Shown piece by piece: positions 27,454 to 39,379 of a DNA stretch of 64,000 nucleotides. Both the position numbers and the translations under genes were made by a program. Source of the stretch: Octopus vulgaris (taxonomy: Eukaryota). The stretch's first letter is position 1. Each line of letters begins with the position of its first letter. The notes under the pieces are model-generated. The model was given only the letters and a program-made list of their open reading frames with translations, was not told where the DNA came from and did not search any database. The stretch covers positions 165,850,001 to 165,914,000 of the forward strand of contig OX597814.1 in the NCBI GenBank assembly GCA_951406725.2, given 5' to 3'.

Positions 27454-28328
27454 CTTAAAATATAAAAGTTACATGAAGTTGAAATAAGATTTAACAAATA
27501 TTGGTTTCAAGTTGCAGAATTTGAAGTCAGAAACATCAAGATAGACGAAATGCTGCTAAGCATTTTGCCCAGTGTGTTAGTGGTTCTGTCAGCTTGCCAC
27601 CTTAGATTTAGCAAATATTGAAAGATAAGCATTAAACCTTTCAGCATTTAAGCCAGCAAGATCAGGCCCAATTATTCTACCATTTTATGTTCATAGCACC
27701 AACCTACCCTACAACGTCATTCTAAAGATAAACAATTACATCACTGAAATCAAAAGTTCTCATTTCTAATATGTTTCTAAACAATCCCATATGCCAATCA
27801 TCTTGAGAACATATAAAGAATAGTAAATCATTAGACAAGGTATTCTTGTCTCAAATAACCAACACAAGAGTAGGCAGAATGATTTAGTAGTGAAGCACTA
27901 AATTAATTGGAAACTAATGTGCTAAGAGGTCTGTAGTGATCACTTTTTAACACAATGAATGTCCATTAGATGTCACTTAGTATAGTTCCTTTAGAAAAAA
28001 AAAAATGATAAAGATCCTTCTTGAGTCATATAGACTCATAGGGCCAGTTTTCCGGTTTCCATGGCATAAATATTGCCCCCTGGATAGGATACCAGTCCAC
28101 CCCAGGATTATTCATTTTTGCCAGATGAGTGAGCTGGAGCAACATGAAATGAAGTGTTTTGCTCAAGAACACATGTCACCCAGTTTAGGAATTGATCTTA
28201 CTATCATGAGTCCAACATCCTAACCACTAAGCCATGCACCTCCACCTAGTTCTTTTATGACTCTGTAATGTCAAGGTCCTGTAAAAACTTTAAAGAAAGT
28301 CAAGCACGAAAAAAAGTACAAAATTTAC

Positions 28329-28460
28329 CTGAACCTGTTTTTTATTCATGAACTGTTTTGTAGTTTCATCTTGGAAAGGTTTGCCTAATAACTGTTTGAC
28401 GTGGTATATTGTGTTCTTTGTGTTCCGTACATAGCCCTGCTTTGCAGCGAAACCAACAGC
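28329..28460 (-). CDS. HSPA14: HSPA14 exon 3
   Basis: AVGFAAKQGYVRNTKNTIYHVKQLLGKPFQDETTKQFMNKKQVQ; AG/GT. Confidence 0.92.
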
Positions 28461-28647
28461 CTGAAACAAGGAAAGAAATATTTAAATGTAAAAGAATGTT
28501 CTTAATGATGTATTTTGTCACAGACTTTATCACATCCCTCTCATGACAAAGATGCACGTTGCTGCTTGATAATATCACAAGTAATATCACAATATTTCAT
28601 GGCTTGATGATTAACTGATGCTACTATATTCTGTGAATTGATGATTA

Positions 28648-28906
28648 CCATATTTGATGGCCTATAAGATGCACAAATGCATAGGACACTTACCTGTATA
28701 ACTTTATGTTATTACCGGTAATTATGAGCAATTTATTGCATCCACATTCAATATAAATATACCGTAGGCGATTTTTCACCAATAGATGGCAACATGTTTT
28801 ATAAACATACATACTGTTTTCAGCCTATATTGAGTGCATTGGACACAGGGATTTTTAAAGCCATTTTGGGGTAAAATAGGTGTGTATTATAGGCCATCAA
28901 ATATAG
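28648..28906. mobile_element. Tc1/pogo-type MITE with TA flanks
   Basis: TA|ccatatttgatggcctataa ... ttataggccatcaaatatag|TA inverted termini. Confidence 0.65.
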
Positions 28907-29204
28907 TAAATGAAATACAAAACAGATATTGTATATAAATAATTAAAGAACCAGCAAGACAATTTATATTATGATATAAGCATCACCAGCAATTTAATAA
29001 TTGTTTTCTTGATGCCACAGATCAGTCTTAAAGTAAGTTCAAAAATTTTTAAATAAAGTTTTAGTATCTCATTTCAACTAGAACATATGAACAAATGATC
29101 AATGACTAAAAGACAGTAAGAAATTAGCAGTATACCATGGAACAAATAATTCATCATATCATATTTTATCATATTTGTGAGTAGGGAATAAAAAGTTGTT
29201 TTAC

Positions 29205-29285
29205 CATATCATGTTCTGTGAAAGCCACAAAACAAGGAGTGGTACGATCACCAAGATCATTTGCAACAACATCAACTCGTCCATC
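29205..29285 (-). CDS. HSPA14: HSPA14 exon 2
   Basis: DGRVDVVANDLGDRTTPCFVAFTEHDM; canonical AG/GT. Confidence 0.93.
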
Positions 29286-29950
29286 CTGAAAAAGTAAAAT
29301 TTTTAAATGTTACAAAATTTCAAGTGCTAATTTAATTGTTTTTTGCTTTTCGACAATAACAACAAATTTAAACAAAAAATATATTTAAATATTCCAAATC
29401 ATGCTATTCACTTTCATTTGTATTTTATAAATGGCCTTCAGAAGATTGGGTATCCTCACTTTGGCTAATTACTTTTGCCAGCCAGCATTAGTTACATCCA
29501 GCTTCCTAAACTAAAAATGAACAGAATATTTTCTCATTCATTTCTCTACCTTTCCCCACCTAGAAAATACAGATTCTATAAGAAGAGCCCTTACTCTTAA
29601 AACCCTAAAAGTGAAGCAAAAAATGATAGTTTCAAACTTATATTAACATAAATAAACCTTATCAGAGCTTCCTTAACATCAAACGAAAGGACAAACAGCA
29701 GTGATACAGCAAGAGAAAGTAGTCATCCTTTGGTTACAGATGTGAAGTAGACAAAATTTCCTGTCTTACTGCACCTGTTAATTTAGATAGAGATGGTAAA
29801 AGTTTTTGCTCTTCAGGTTTTCCTAAGAATCCTTTCTACATTACTGACAGTCAGTAGGTGTTGACAGGATAGATAGATAGATACAGCTAATCGATATCAT
29901 CGGATAGATGTGACACAACAAATGTTGAACTAGACATTGTTGTCAGAAGT

Positions 29951-30180
29951 TTAACTTTTTAGCGTTTCAAACTGGCCATATCTGGCCCAAATATTTTACC
30001 TGTTTTATGTTCAAACTGACCAGATATGGCCTCTCACACCTACCCTACAATGTCATTCTAAAACTTAAACAATTACATCATGGAAATCTCAAATATATGA
30101 GACAATGCTTGATTAATTCAAAACCATATGAATAAATAAACATCACATTTGTCAGAGTAATCTGAATGCTAAAGGGTTAA
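29951..30180. mobile_element. TTAA-flanked MITE (CCCTTTAGC family)
   Basis: ttaactttttagc ... gctaaagggttaa. Confidence 0.7.
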
Positions 30181-30756
30181 ATCAACTCCTAAGAAAATGT
30201 TAATTCAGAGCAAGTTGAAAACAAAATAGTCATGACAACAAAAAAAAAAACCCTGACATAGCCTTTGATTGATTCAATGTCACATCCACACTTCTCTCAT
30301 CAAATTCACGTTTATTTTTCAAATGAGAAACAAATGATTAAATACTACGCCCTAAGACAATGTACTTTGTAACATAGATGAGATGCCCCACCACTGGCTC
30401 ATGATTAGAAATACCACTTGAATATTTCATTTGTTCATCAAACAGAACTCACAAGAATATATGATAGTAACCTACTATCTCAGCCATCTACATAACATTG
30501 TTATTCCTCTGGTTTATTGTTGGGATTAAAAAGTCACTAATTTTCTTGTTATTCTTTAGTGTTTGAACTGGCCATATCTGGCCCAAATATCCTATCAATT
30601 CTACCAATGTTCAAACCAGCTAGATCTGGCCTCTCACATCTGCCATACAATGTTACTGTAAAAATAAATAATCATATCATCAAATGTCAAGACCATGAGA
30701 TAATGCACGATAAATTCAGAACAATATGAATACATAAGCATTACATTTGATAGAGT

Positions 30757-30940
30757 CATCATCATCATTGTTCGACCGTGGTCGAGACAATGGAATTTAT
30801 CATGCTACGCCAGACTTCATGGTCCATCATAGCATTACGGAGGTCCTGTTGCTGGATGCCTGTATCCCTGGAGATTACATCAGGGTAGGAGAGTGTGTGC
30901 CCTCTGGTATCGCGAGTAGATGGCTTCCAGAGAAGAACTC
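30757..30940 (-). mobile_element. 5'-truncated RTE/RTEX-type LINE 3' end, inserted into a TTAA MITE
   Basis: 10-bp TSD TTGATAGAGT (30747-56, 30941-50); encodes VLLWKPSTRDTRGHTLSYPDVISRDTGIQQQDLRNAMMDHEVWRSMINSIVSTTVEQ*, followed by a (ATG)n tail. Confidence 0.8.
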
Positions 30941-31195
30941 TTGATAGAGTAATCTGAATGCTAAAAGGTTAAATTAGAGATAATGTTGCTAAATTAAATA
31001 CAGAAACTATGTTAGAGATATATGAGAGTAAGTAATGGAAAGAAAGCCTAACACCGAAAGCAAGTAGAAACCCATCAATACAGGGCTTGTTATAAAGGAT
31101 GTTGTTGCGAGAAATACAAATAAATTCATGTTGTTGAAACACAAAACTTTTGCAAAGCAAAAACAAAAAAAATGCTTCATGTGGTTAAATCTAAT

Positions 31196-32058
31196 ACTCT
31201 TTTACTGGTTTCAGTCATTTGACTGTGGCCATGCTGGAGCACTACCTTTAGTCGAGCAAATCGATTCCAGGACTTATTCTTTGTAAGCCTAGTACTTATT
31301 CTATCGGTCTCTTTTGCCGAACCGCTAAGTTACGGGGGATGTAAACACACCAGAATCGGTTGTCAAGCAATGTTGCGGGGACAAACACAGACACACAAAC
31401 ATATACACTCACATACATATATATATATATGTATAAAAATTATATATAAAAAATACAAAATGGGACAAGAACGCAAAGAACACAAAGAGACGACACAAAG
31501 AACGGACGGGTCATTCGAAGCCTCTAATCTTCAGTCGGGAACCGGATCGTCCTAGCAAATTTCGGCTAATTAATCCTATATATATATATATATATATATA
31601 TATTTGCCAGCCTCACCTGGCCCTCGTGCCGGTGGCACATAAAAAGCACCATCCGTTCGTGGCCGTTTGCCAGCTCTGTCTGGCACCAGTGCGGGTGGCA
31701 CGTAAAAAGCACCCACTACACTCACGGAGTGGTTGGCGTTAGGAAGGGCATCCAGCCGTAGAAACACTGCCAGATTTGACTGGGCCTGATGAAGCCTTCT
31801 GGCTTCACAGACCCCAGTAGAACCGTCCAACCCATGCTAGCATGGAAAACGGACGCTAAATGATGATGATGATGATGATGATACACACACACATATATAT
31901 ATGACGGGCTTCTTTCAGTTTCCATCTACCAAATCCACTCACAAGGCTTTGGCCGGTCCGAGGCTATAGTAAAAGACATTTGCCCAAGGTGCCATGCAGT
32001 GGGACTGAACCCGGAACCATGTGGTTGGTAAGCAAGCTACTTACCACACAGCCACTCC
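31196..32058 (-). mobile_element. tRNA-derived SINE, same family, interrupted by nested insertions
   Basis: Reverse-complement copy; its central microsatellite carries a foreign fragment (~31432-31576) and a (GAT)n-tailed retroposon (31606-31881). Confidence 0.85.
31606..31881 (+). mobile_element. (GAT)n-tailed retroposon copy nested in a SINE
   Basis: Same family; sits within the microsatellite of the 31196-32058 SINE. Confidence 0.75.
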
Positions 32059-32753
32059 TAATGTTGATTTCTACTCAATTCCTGGTAGAAAAGGTGTCAT
32101 CAAAGATTAACTATTGCTATATAGATCATCTTTTGTCAGTATGAAAGCAGTGGTTCCTAACAATGAGATTGATGAAAAATTATCACCGGAAAGATTGTAA
32201 TTTTTGTATGTCATTCAAGATAGAAAAGCCTTTCATGACAAAAAAAGTAGTGTTAACAGATATCTGCAAGAAATGTAAGTTTGCTGTCATAATTATTTAT
32301 GAAAGTATACACTTTACAGTTGTGAAAATTTCAATTACAGTTGGGAGATACAAGATTGGGTTGTAATGTAAATAAAAATTGCATCACTTTCTGACTCACC
32401 CACATACATTAATTTGAATAAGTATGAGGTCATAAATGTACAGTTACATACTTTAGTTGTTGAAAATGAAATGGTTCTTGGTTTTCACAGTGTCAAATCT
32501 ACACTGTGAGAACGAAACTTCTTTAGACAATATTACTGGATTTGCAAGATAAATGTTCACAAGTGGGCTCTAGACATTACTGAAAGATGATATGCCTCCT
32601 GTTTTGTTAAAAGTGCATCTGTCATTCTCTTACTCTTTGTACTGGCCATGTTAGCAGCATATTGTTGTTGGGTTTCAAGGTTTTCTTAAAAGATTTAACA
32701 CCTTACTTTCTTCAAAGCAGAGAAAAACAATTTATTCAGAAAGATATTGCAAC

Positions 32754-32893
32754 AAATTAATAGTTATCGCCATACTAATATGGCAGTCTTATAAATATAA
32801 GACTAAAGCTGTCGCTGATTAGCTCTATGAGGCCACCGCTTTAGTCTTATATTTATAAGACTGCCATATTAGTATGGCGATAACTATTAATTT
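32754..32893. repeat. Perfect 56-bp inverted repeat within a 194-bp insertion that has a 13-bp TSD
   Basis: Arms 32754-32809 and 32838-32893 are exact reverse complements; GATATTGCAACAA is duplicated at 32743-55 and 32950-62. Confidence 0.9.
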
Positions 32894-34433
32894 CCAGTAA
32901 CGCTGCCGTAATCTCCTTTAGAGAGACTTAGTAATTTTAATATTTCTATGATATTGCAACAACTTGTCAGAAAATACCTAAACTTGCACAAAAAAAAGGT
33001 GGCTTTCTTCAGAAAGTTATTACAGTGATATTACAGAGTATTTGTAAATACAAAGTGAATGGGAAGCTGACAAAAGTTGATGGTGCCAGGAAAATTTATA
33101 ACTGCAGAGCCAAGCACATGCTACTTTTCCTTTTATATAAGAGTTTCCTGGATATTGAATTCCAGTCCGAATATTTCAGGTTGCATTTTCTATATTCATC
33201 CAAGTATTGAGTAACTATAAAAACAATGGTGTAACCTCAGAGGAAAAGCAACAACAAATTTAATTAATAAACTTTTTAATGATTTAAAACAGACTGTCCA
33301 AAATTCCAAGCAGATCTTTATATTCAAATAAGAGAAAGGTTTCTTTTCAATGGTGGAATTACTGCTAATCTAAAGGTATTTTACCCAAATGTAGCTCACA
33401 ATTTCAGCAGATCTCCTACATTTACTATTCCAGTAGCTGTTTGTTCATTCCCCCTCCACTTAACCAAAACAGACTAAATCTAAATGATATGATGATCAGT
33501 AGATGAGTAATTATTTAACAACAAACAATTATTATTAGTCAAATTAAACAAATAATCAATTAGTAAGTTGGATATTTAACCAACTGACTAATTATAAAGA
33601 AGTGAAATTGAACCAGTGCGTGTGTTAATAACATTGGCATAATGACTCTCCCTAGGCACAACTAAATGTGTTTCAACACACGAATTCACATAAAGAATCT
33701 TGCACACCAGATACGAAAACGAAATTAACTGATCACTATGGATAATATTCCAGAATATTATTACAAGTTAGAAACGTCATTTCACAATGTAAATTATGGA
33801 TACTGTGGTAAACTGCATGCTTAAAGTAAAACCATATGACTTGTAATCAAATTTAATGAGTAATCTTGCCACATTAGTTAGCATGCTTTGAAAGAATACG
33901 CTCACAAATGAAGGGTGTCAAAACAAAAAATACTAATTCTTTAAAAGCAGAGCATGTAATATATAATTATTTGCTAGCAATGATATAGAATGCAATATGT
34001 GGCAGGCCAGAAAAGAATTAATGAAGAACTTGGAAGAAGAAGCTGAAAATAAAAGATAGTTGGAAAGAATTTTGAAAGGAAAAAGAACAGAACAAATTGT
34101 TTACTCTACTAAGAGAAAATTGAAGAAGGATGGCGAGTAAATACAGTTATACTAGTTGTCTTCTTAAACTTTGTATTACTGTAAGGACGGTGGGGTGGGG
34201 GTCCTTCGACACGGGGTTTTCCTGCCCGCCTGATCTGGAGTTTCCTTAAAATTTCATTGGGTAACCCTGCTGCAAAGTAGCATGTTGCAGAGCCCTCAAT
34301 GTAAATTCAGGACTTGGTTTAAAAGACTGGATTAAAGAGTAATGTCCACTAAATAAATGAAGAAATTTAAGACCAAAACTAATATCTCTTAATAAATTTT
34401 GAGGCTATATTTTATCGGCCTCGGAATAATGAA

Positions 34434-34704
34434 GGTACTATTTAAGAAGTGTGGTCCCGGTCCGAGCACTCGCGCATCCGTGCTAGCTAGTAGTCCTACA
34501 ATGACTACATCTCCTATAAAAAAAAAACCTATTTGTTTAAAAAAAACCCATCTATGTTATGATGGGGGTACCAAACTTTTATCTAATAACTTTCAACTGA
34601 ATTTGTACGAACATTTGTTATAGGATAGGTAGTCGTTGTAGGATCGACTAGTCACGACTAGGTAGCGCGGAGCGCGAGTGCGCGCACTCTTCTTAAATAG
34701 TACC
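34434..34704. mobile_element. MITE with long TIRs and a 9-bp TSD (Mutator/MULE-like)
   Basis: TIRs GGTACTATTTAAGAAG.../...CTTCTTAAATAGTACC extending imperfectly over ~85 bp; TSD AATAATGAA at 34425-33 and 34705-13. Confidence 0.8.
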
Positions 34705-34715
34705 AATAATGAATA

Positions 34716-35099
34716 GGAGTGGCTGTGTGGTAAGTAGCTTGCTAACCAACCACATGGTTCCGGGTTCAGTCCCACTGCGTGGCATCTTGGGCAAGTGTCT
34801 TCTGCTATAGCCCCGGGCCGACCAATGCCTTGTGAGTGGATTTGGTAGACGGAAACTGAAAGAAGCCTGTCGTATATATATATATATGTATGTGTATGTG
34901 TGTCTGTGTTTGTACCCCTAGCATTGCATGACAGCCGATGCTGGTGTGTTTACGTCCCCGTCATTTAGCGGTTCGGCAACAGAGACCGATAGAATAAGTA
35001 CTGGGCTTACAAAGAATAAGTCCCGGGGGTCGAGTTGCTCGACTAAAGGCGGTGCTCCAGCATGGCCGCAGTCAAATGACTGAAACATGTAAAGAGAGT
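34716..35099 (+). mobile_element. tRNA-derived SINE, same family
   Basis: Full-length similarity to 2201-2591. Confidence 0.85.
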
Positions 35100-35825
35100 A
35101 ATGTCGATTCCTAGTAAGACTCATAAACAGTCACCATTTCGACCACCCGTCCCACCCAAATAAATATTTCAACTAACTATCACTAGGCTTTGCAAAATAA
35201 TAATCGGTAATGTAATGATCAAAATCCTGTATAATTCCAAAAAGGAGGCGGGGGAGTTAAGACCATATCGAAGCACTTTTATATTCGACAACGTAAATCA
35301 CCGTCAATTTATAGTTAACGTATTTACTCAAAAGTACAGTAAGTGCGTTCACGTGACCTGTTTGTTTAGAGATGTTATGTAAACAAACGCACGTTGTGAA
35401 TTCAGTGGTACGCTTTCAGACATACTTAACCCTTTCGTTACCGTATTTCTGTTGAGATGCTCTGAGTTTCTTTCAATTACTTTAAATGTAACAAAGAATT
35501 TAGTAAATAACTTAGTTACCATTCAGCCGGTGTTAGGAACATAAATAGTGACTAAGATTTGGTGGAAGATTTTTATTCAAAACTGATGAAAACAAGACAT
35601 TTGTACTCAGAGCCAGAGCCGGTTTCAGCCGGGTTAGAGGCGTTTTTACTTCTGTTTTCCTTTAAAGAAACCCTTTATGTTTGTTAGTGAAGGGTCTTAT
35701 AGCAACTATAAATGTATAGGACAAAGGCATAAGCGGATGAATAAATACCTGTTAGAGATTAACAGCCATACCTCCCTCAAATTACCTACCTACTTTAAAC
35801 GGAGAGATTTTTTTTTCTTTCTTTA

Positions 35826-36039
35826 TTCTTTTATTTGTTTCAGTCATTTGACTGCGGCTATGCTGGAGCACCGCTTTATTCTTTGTAAGCCTAGTACTTA
35901 TTCTATCGGTCTCTTTTGCTGAACCGCTAAGTTACGGGGGACGTAAACACACCAGCATCGGTTGTCAAGAGATGTTGGGGGGGGGGGGGCAAATACAGAA
36001 ACACAAACGTATACACACACACATATATATATGTGTATA

Positions 36040-36094
<55 letters not shown>

Positions 36095-36258
36095 ATATAT
36101 ACGATGGGCTTTTTTCAGATTCCGTCTACCCCATCCACTCACAAGGCTTTGGTCGGCCCGAGGCTATAGTAGAAGACACTTGCCCAAAGTGCTACGCAGT
36201 GGGACTGAACCCAGAACCATGTAGTTCGTAAGCAAGCTACTTACCACACAGCCACTCC
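35826..36258 (-). mobile_element. tRNA-derived SINE, same family
   Basis: Reverse-complement copy with a long (TA)n core. Confidence 0.85.
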
Positions 36259-37189
36259 AACGCCTATACTGAATATATATTCATCCTCATCATCATTTAA
36301 CATCCACATTTCCATGCTTGCAAGTTTCAGACGGAATTTGTTGAGGTAGATTTTCTACATCTAGATGCCCTTCGTGTCATGAACCTTCACCAGTTTCCAA
36401 GTAAGGTTAAATTTCCCCATAGTCAGACATGCTTTTTCATGGAAGACTGAACATGGCTTGTATGATGATGATGCTCATTTACAACCACCACGTAGTATCT
36501 AAACAAAGGGTCCATACAAACACATACAAATACATGACAGCTTCTTTCAGTTTCCGTCAATCAAATATTCTGACAATGCTTTGATCCGCCCCGGGGCTAT
36601 AGGAGAAGACACTTGCCCAAGATGCCGCACAATGAGACTGAATATATAAATACATTAAAAAAACTTTATAGCGGACTGCGGTAACTACCTGTTAGAAGTG
36701 ATGCAATGGGATCTGTACCAGGATTTGGTGAAGGTGCACCCAAAATTGTAGCTGAGAGTACCGATGATATCACATAACACTGGGCGTTGATGCAAATGAA
36801 TGTCGTAACAAGTTTTGCATGACAGAAATCACGAAATGTTAGAAACTACTGTATTATAGTGTGGATAGATGGATAGTCTAACAACTACGTGGACATAAAC
36901 TTTCGATTAACACCTGCACGATTTTCACTATTTACCCTTCGATACGTACTCGCACAACACCTTGCAGTCCACAGGAAATTTCGGTAACACTATTCGAGTG
37001 TGCATAGACAAAGCATTAAGAATACGAGTATAGGGAGGAAATAATTTGCTAGCGAAACATTAGCCCCGTCACACACACACATACCTGTTTCCGAAAAATA
37101 AATTTTTATGAGGCAGAAAAAACAGAGAAACTTGATAGTTTTCATCATCACGTACGTGGTTACGTGCATATTGTAATAGGTTACGTGCA

Positions 37190-37552
37190 TCTCTCTCTAT
37201 ATAAACGGCAGTTTGTCTGTGCGTGTTTCTGTGTGTCTGTTTGCTTGTACCCTCACCCTGACCATGGCTTTCAACCGATTCTGATGAAACTTGACACACA
37301 CATAGCCCAATGTCATAATTCAAAACTAACGCAGCGAAAATTTTGAAAAGTTCCCCCAGTTCTGAAAAAATCGATAAATTCGACATGGGGTCGAGAATCA
37401 GAAACACGAACCACAAACTGTCTAGGGGACGCAACTCCACTTTTTTAAATCTCAATAAAAAAATTTACCATCATTTTTTTCCAATAACTCTCTAAAAATG
37501 CTTTATAGTTATTTCCCTTACAAACCTGAGCAACGCCGGGCGATACTGCTAG
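37190..37552 (+). mobile_element. Non-autonomous Helitron
   Basis: 5' A|TC; 3' hairpin cctgagcaacgccggg, then CTAG|T; an adjacent duplicate of the empty site confirms the A|T insertion point. Confidence 0.85.
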
Positions 37553-39164
37553 TATTGTAATAAAGTAAATAATTACATAAGCGTTTATCACGAGGGACAG
37601 CACTCACTAGAGGAGCTTGTAAGAATGAAAAGGGTAGACCAACAAACTGACATATTTAATACAAATTCCAATGGTTTTCAACTTTTTAAACTTGTCCAAT
37701 ACTATGAGAAAGAAATAAGAAGTAGGAGGATGCAAAATATTTTGTCACCGCGTTAATACAAAAGAAGGATGTTACATTAGCCCTAATTTTGGTGGTGGTG
37801 GTGGGTGGACCTAGTATTTGTCAGTTTCAGTACCATTACACTAAAACACAATCTCATATATGCACAGATACACAGAGGACATTACTAAATCATAAAAATA
37901 CTGATGCCAGGGATCACTAGGAAAAGAAATACCTCCTACTCAACTTACCAGTCCCAACAAGTGACAATGTATCTTGTAACAATGAAACAGGAGAAATTAT
38001 CCAGATAAACCTGAGTGTTAAAGTCTAAAAATTGAAATTATCCCAACAAGTGTCGAGGGAATGATGAAAAAAAAAACAGGCAAAAACATAGCCAAAATCC
38101 TAGGACTTAAATATGCACAACATACAGAAACTAGCACTACAAGACACAGCACATACCTAAAATACACAAGTGAAAGCATGCAATAAAAATAAGACACCAG
38201 AAAAATAATAATTGCTTCTAGCATAGGCACAAGGCTTGAAATTTGGGAGAAGGGTTAGCTAGTACCATTAACTCCACTACTTGATAGGTACTAATTTTAT
38301 CAAGCCTGAAATGATGAAAGGCAATGCTGACCTTAGCAGGATGTAACCTCAAAACAAAGAGCTAGAACAGATACTGCAAATCATTTTAACTAAAGCTTTA
38401 ATGATTCTGTTAACTCACTGCAATAGGAATAATAGTAATGCTTTGTAATTTTGGTACAAGGCTAGCAATTTTGAGAAGAAGTTACATCACCCTCTAGCAC
38501 TTGACTGGTACTTCATTTTATTGAACACAAAAGGTGATAAAGTTGACCTTGGAGGATTTGAACTCAGAATATAAAGAGCTGGGAAAAATACCACTAAATA
38601 TTTTGTCTGATGCAATTCAGCCAGCTTAATAATAAGCTTTCTACTAAAGGTACAAAGCATGAAATTTGGGGAGAGGGGGCTAGTTGATTAATACCTAATG
38701 AATTGGAAGAAATGCCACTTAGTATTTTGTTTGGTGTGCTAACAATTCTACCAGCTTGACGCCCAGAAAATAATAATTCTTTCTGATTTTGGCATAAGAC
38801 CAGCAATTTTGAGAGTAGGGGTCAATTGATTACACTGACCCCAATACTTGACTGGTAGTTTGTTTTATCAACCCCTTAGTGATGGAAGGCAAAGTTGATT
38901 TAGATGGGATTTGAACACTAATAATGATAAAGAAAAAATGTGAACTATAATTAGTATACTCAATTTACTTGTTATGTGGGGGAAAAAAACAGAAATTTGA
39001 ACACTAGGTCAATTTTGCAACCCTCCTGCCCATACACTTTCAGTAGAAGCTTTAATGAGAACTTCATGTCAGCATCAAAATATTGCTGATGAAGACTGGA
39101 TTACAATTCAGGAACCTAAGAGATCCAAAAACACAATGAATAATCATAGATATAACCAGTTATA

Positions 39165-39325
39165 ATAATGAAATTATTGTATACAGTGCTCAGGTGCACC
39201 ACAACTTGTCAGAAAGTGTGTATAAAGTATATGCAGTAATGTACAAATGTCTGGAAAGCGAACAATGTATGAGTCAGATACATGCTTGTGTGTATGGAGG
39301 GGAGAAAATCAGGTGTAGTGTTGGC
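39165..39325 (-). mobile_element. CR1 LINE 3' end fragment
   Basis: Reverse complement of the 3' UTR of the 51955-53225 element (..caagttgtggtgcacctgagcactgtatacaataatttc). Confidence 0.85.
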
Positions 39326-39379
39326 ATTGTGAACATAATGTGAAAATTATGACACTATGTGGGACATAAAACAACACTC

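Noticed and set aside
31783-31815. CTGATGAAGCC-ttct-GGCTTC resembling hammerhead helix II
   Set aside because: Chance variant within the (GAT)n-tailed repeat (other copies read CTGGTGCAGCC); no GAAA follows.
39062-39125. CTGATGA + small stem + GAAC, a possible second hammerhead
   Set aside because: No GAAA core, no G10.1-C11.1 pair and no proper helix I/III; too degenerate.
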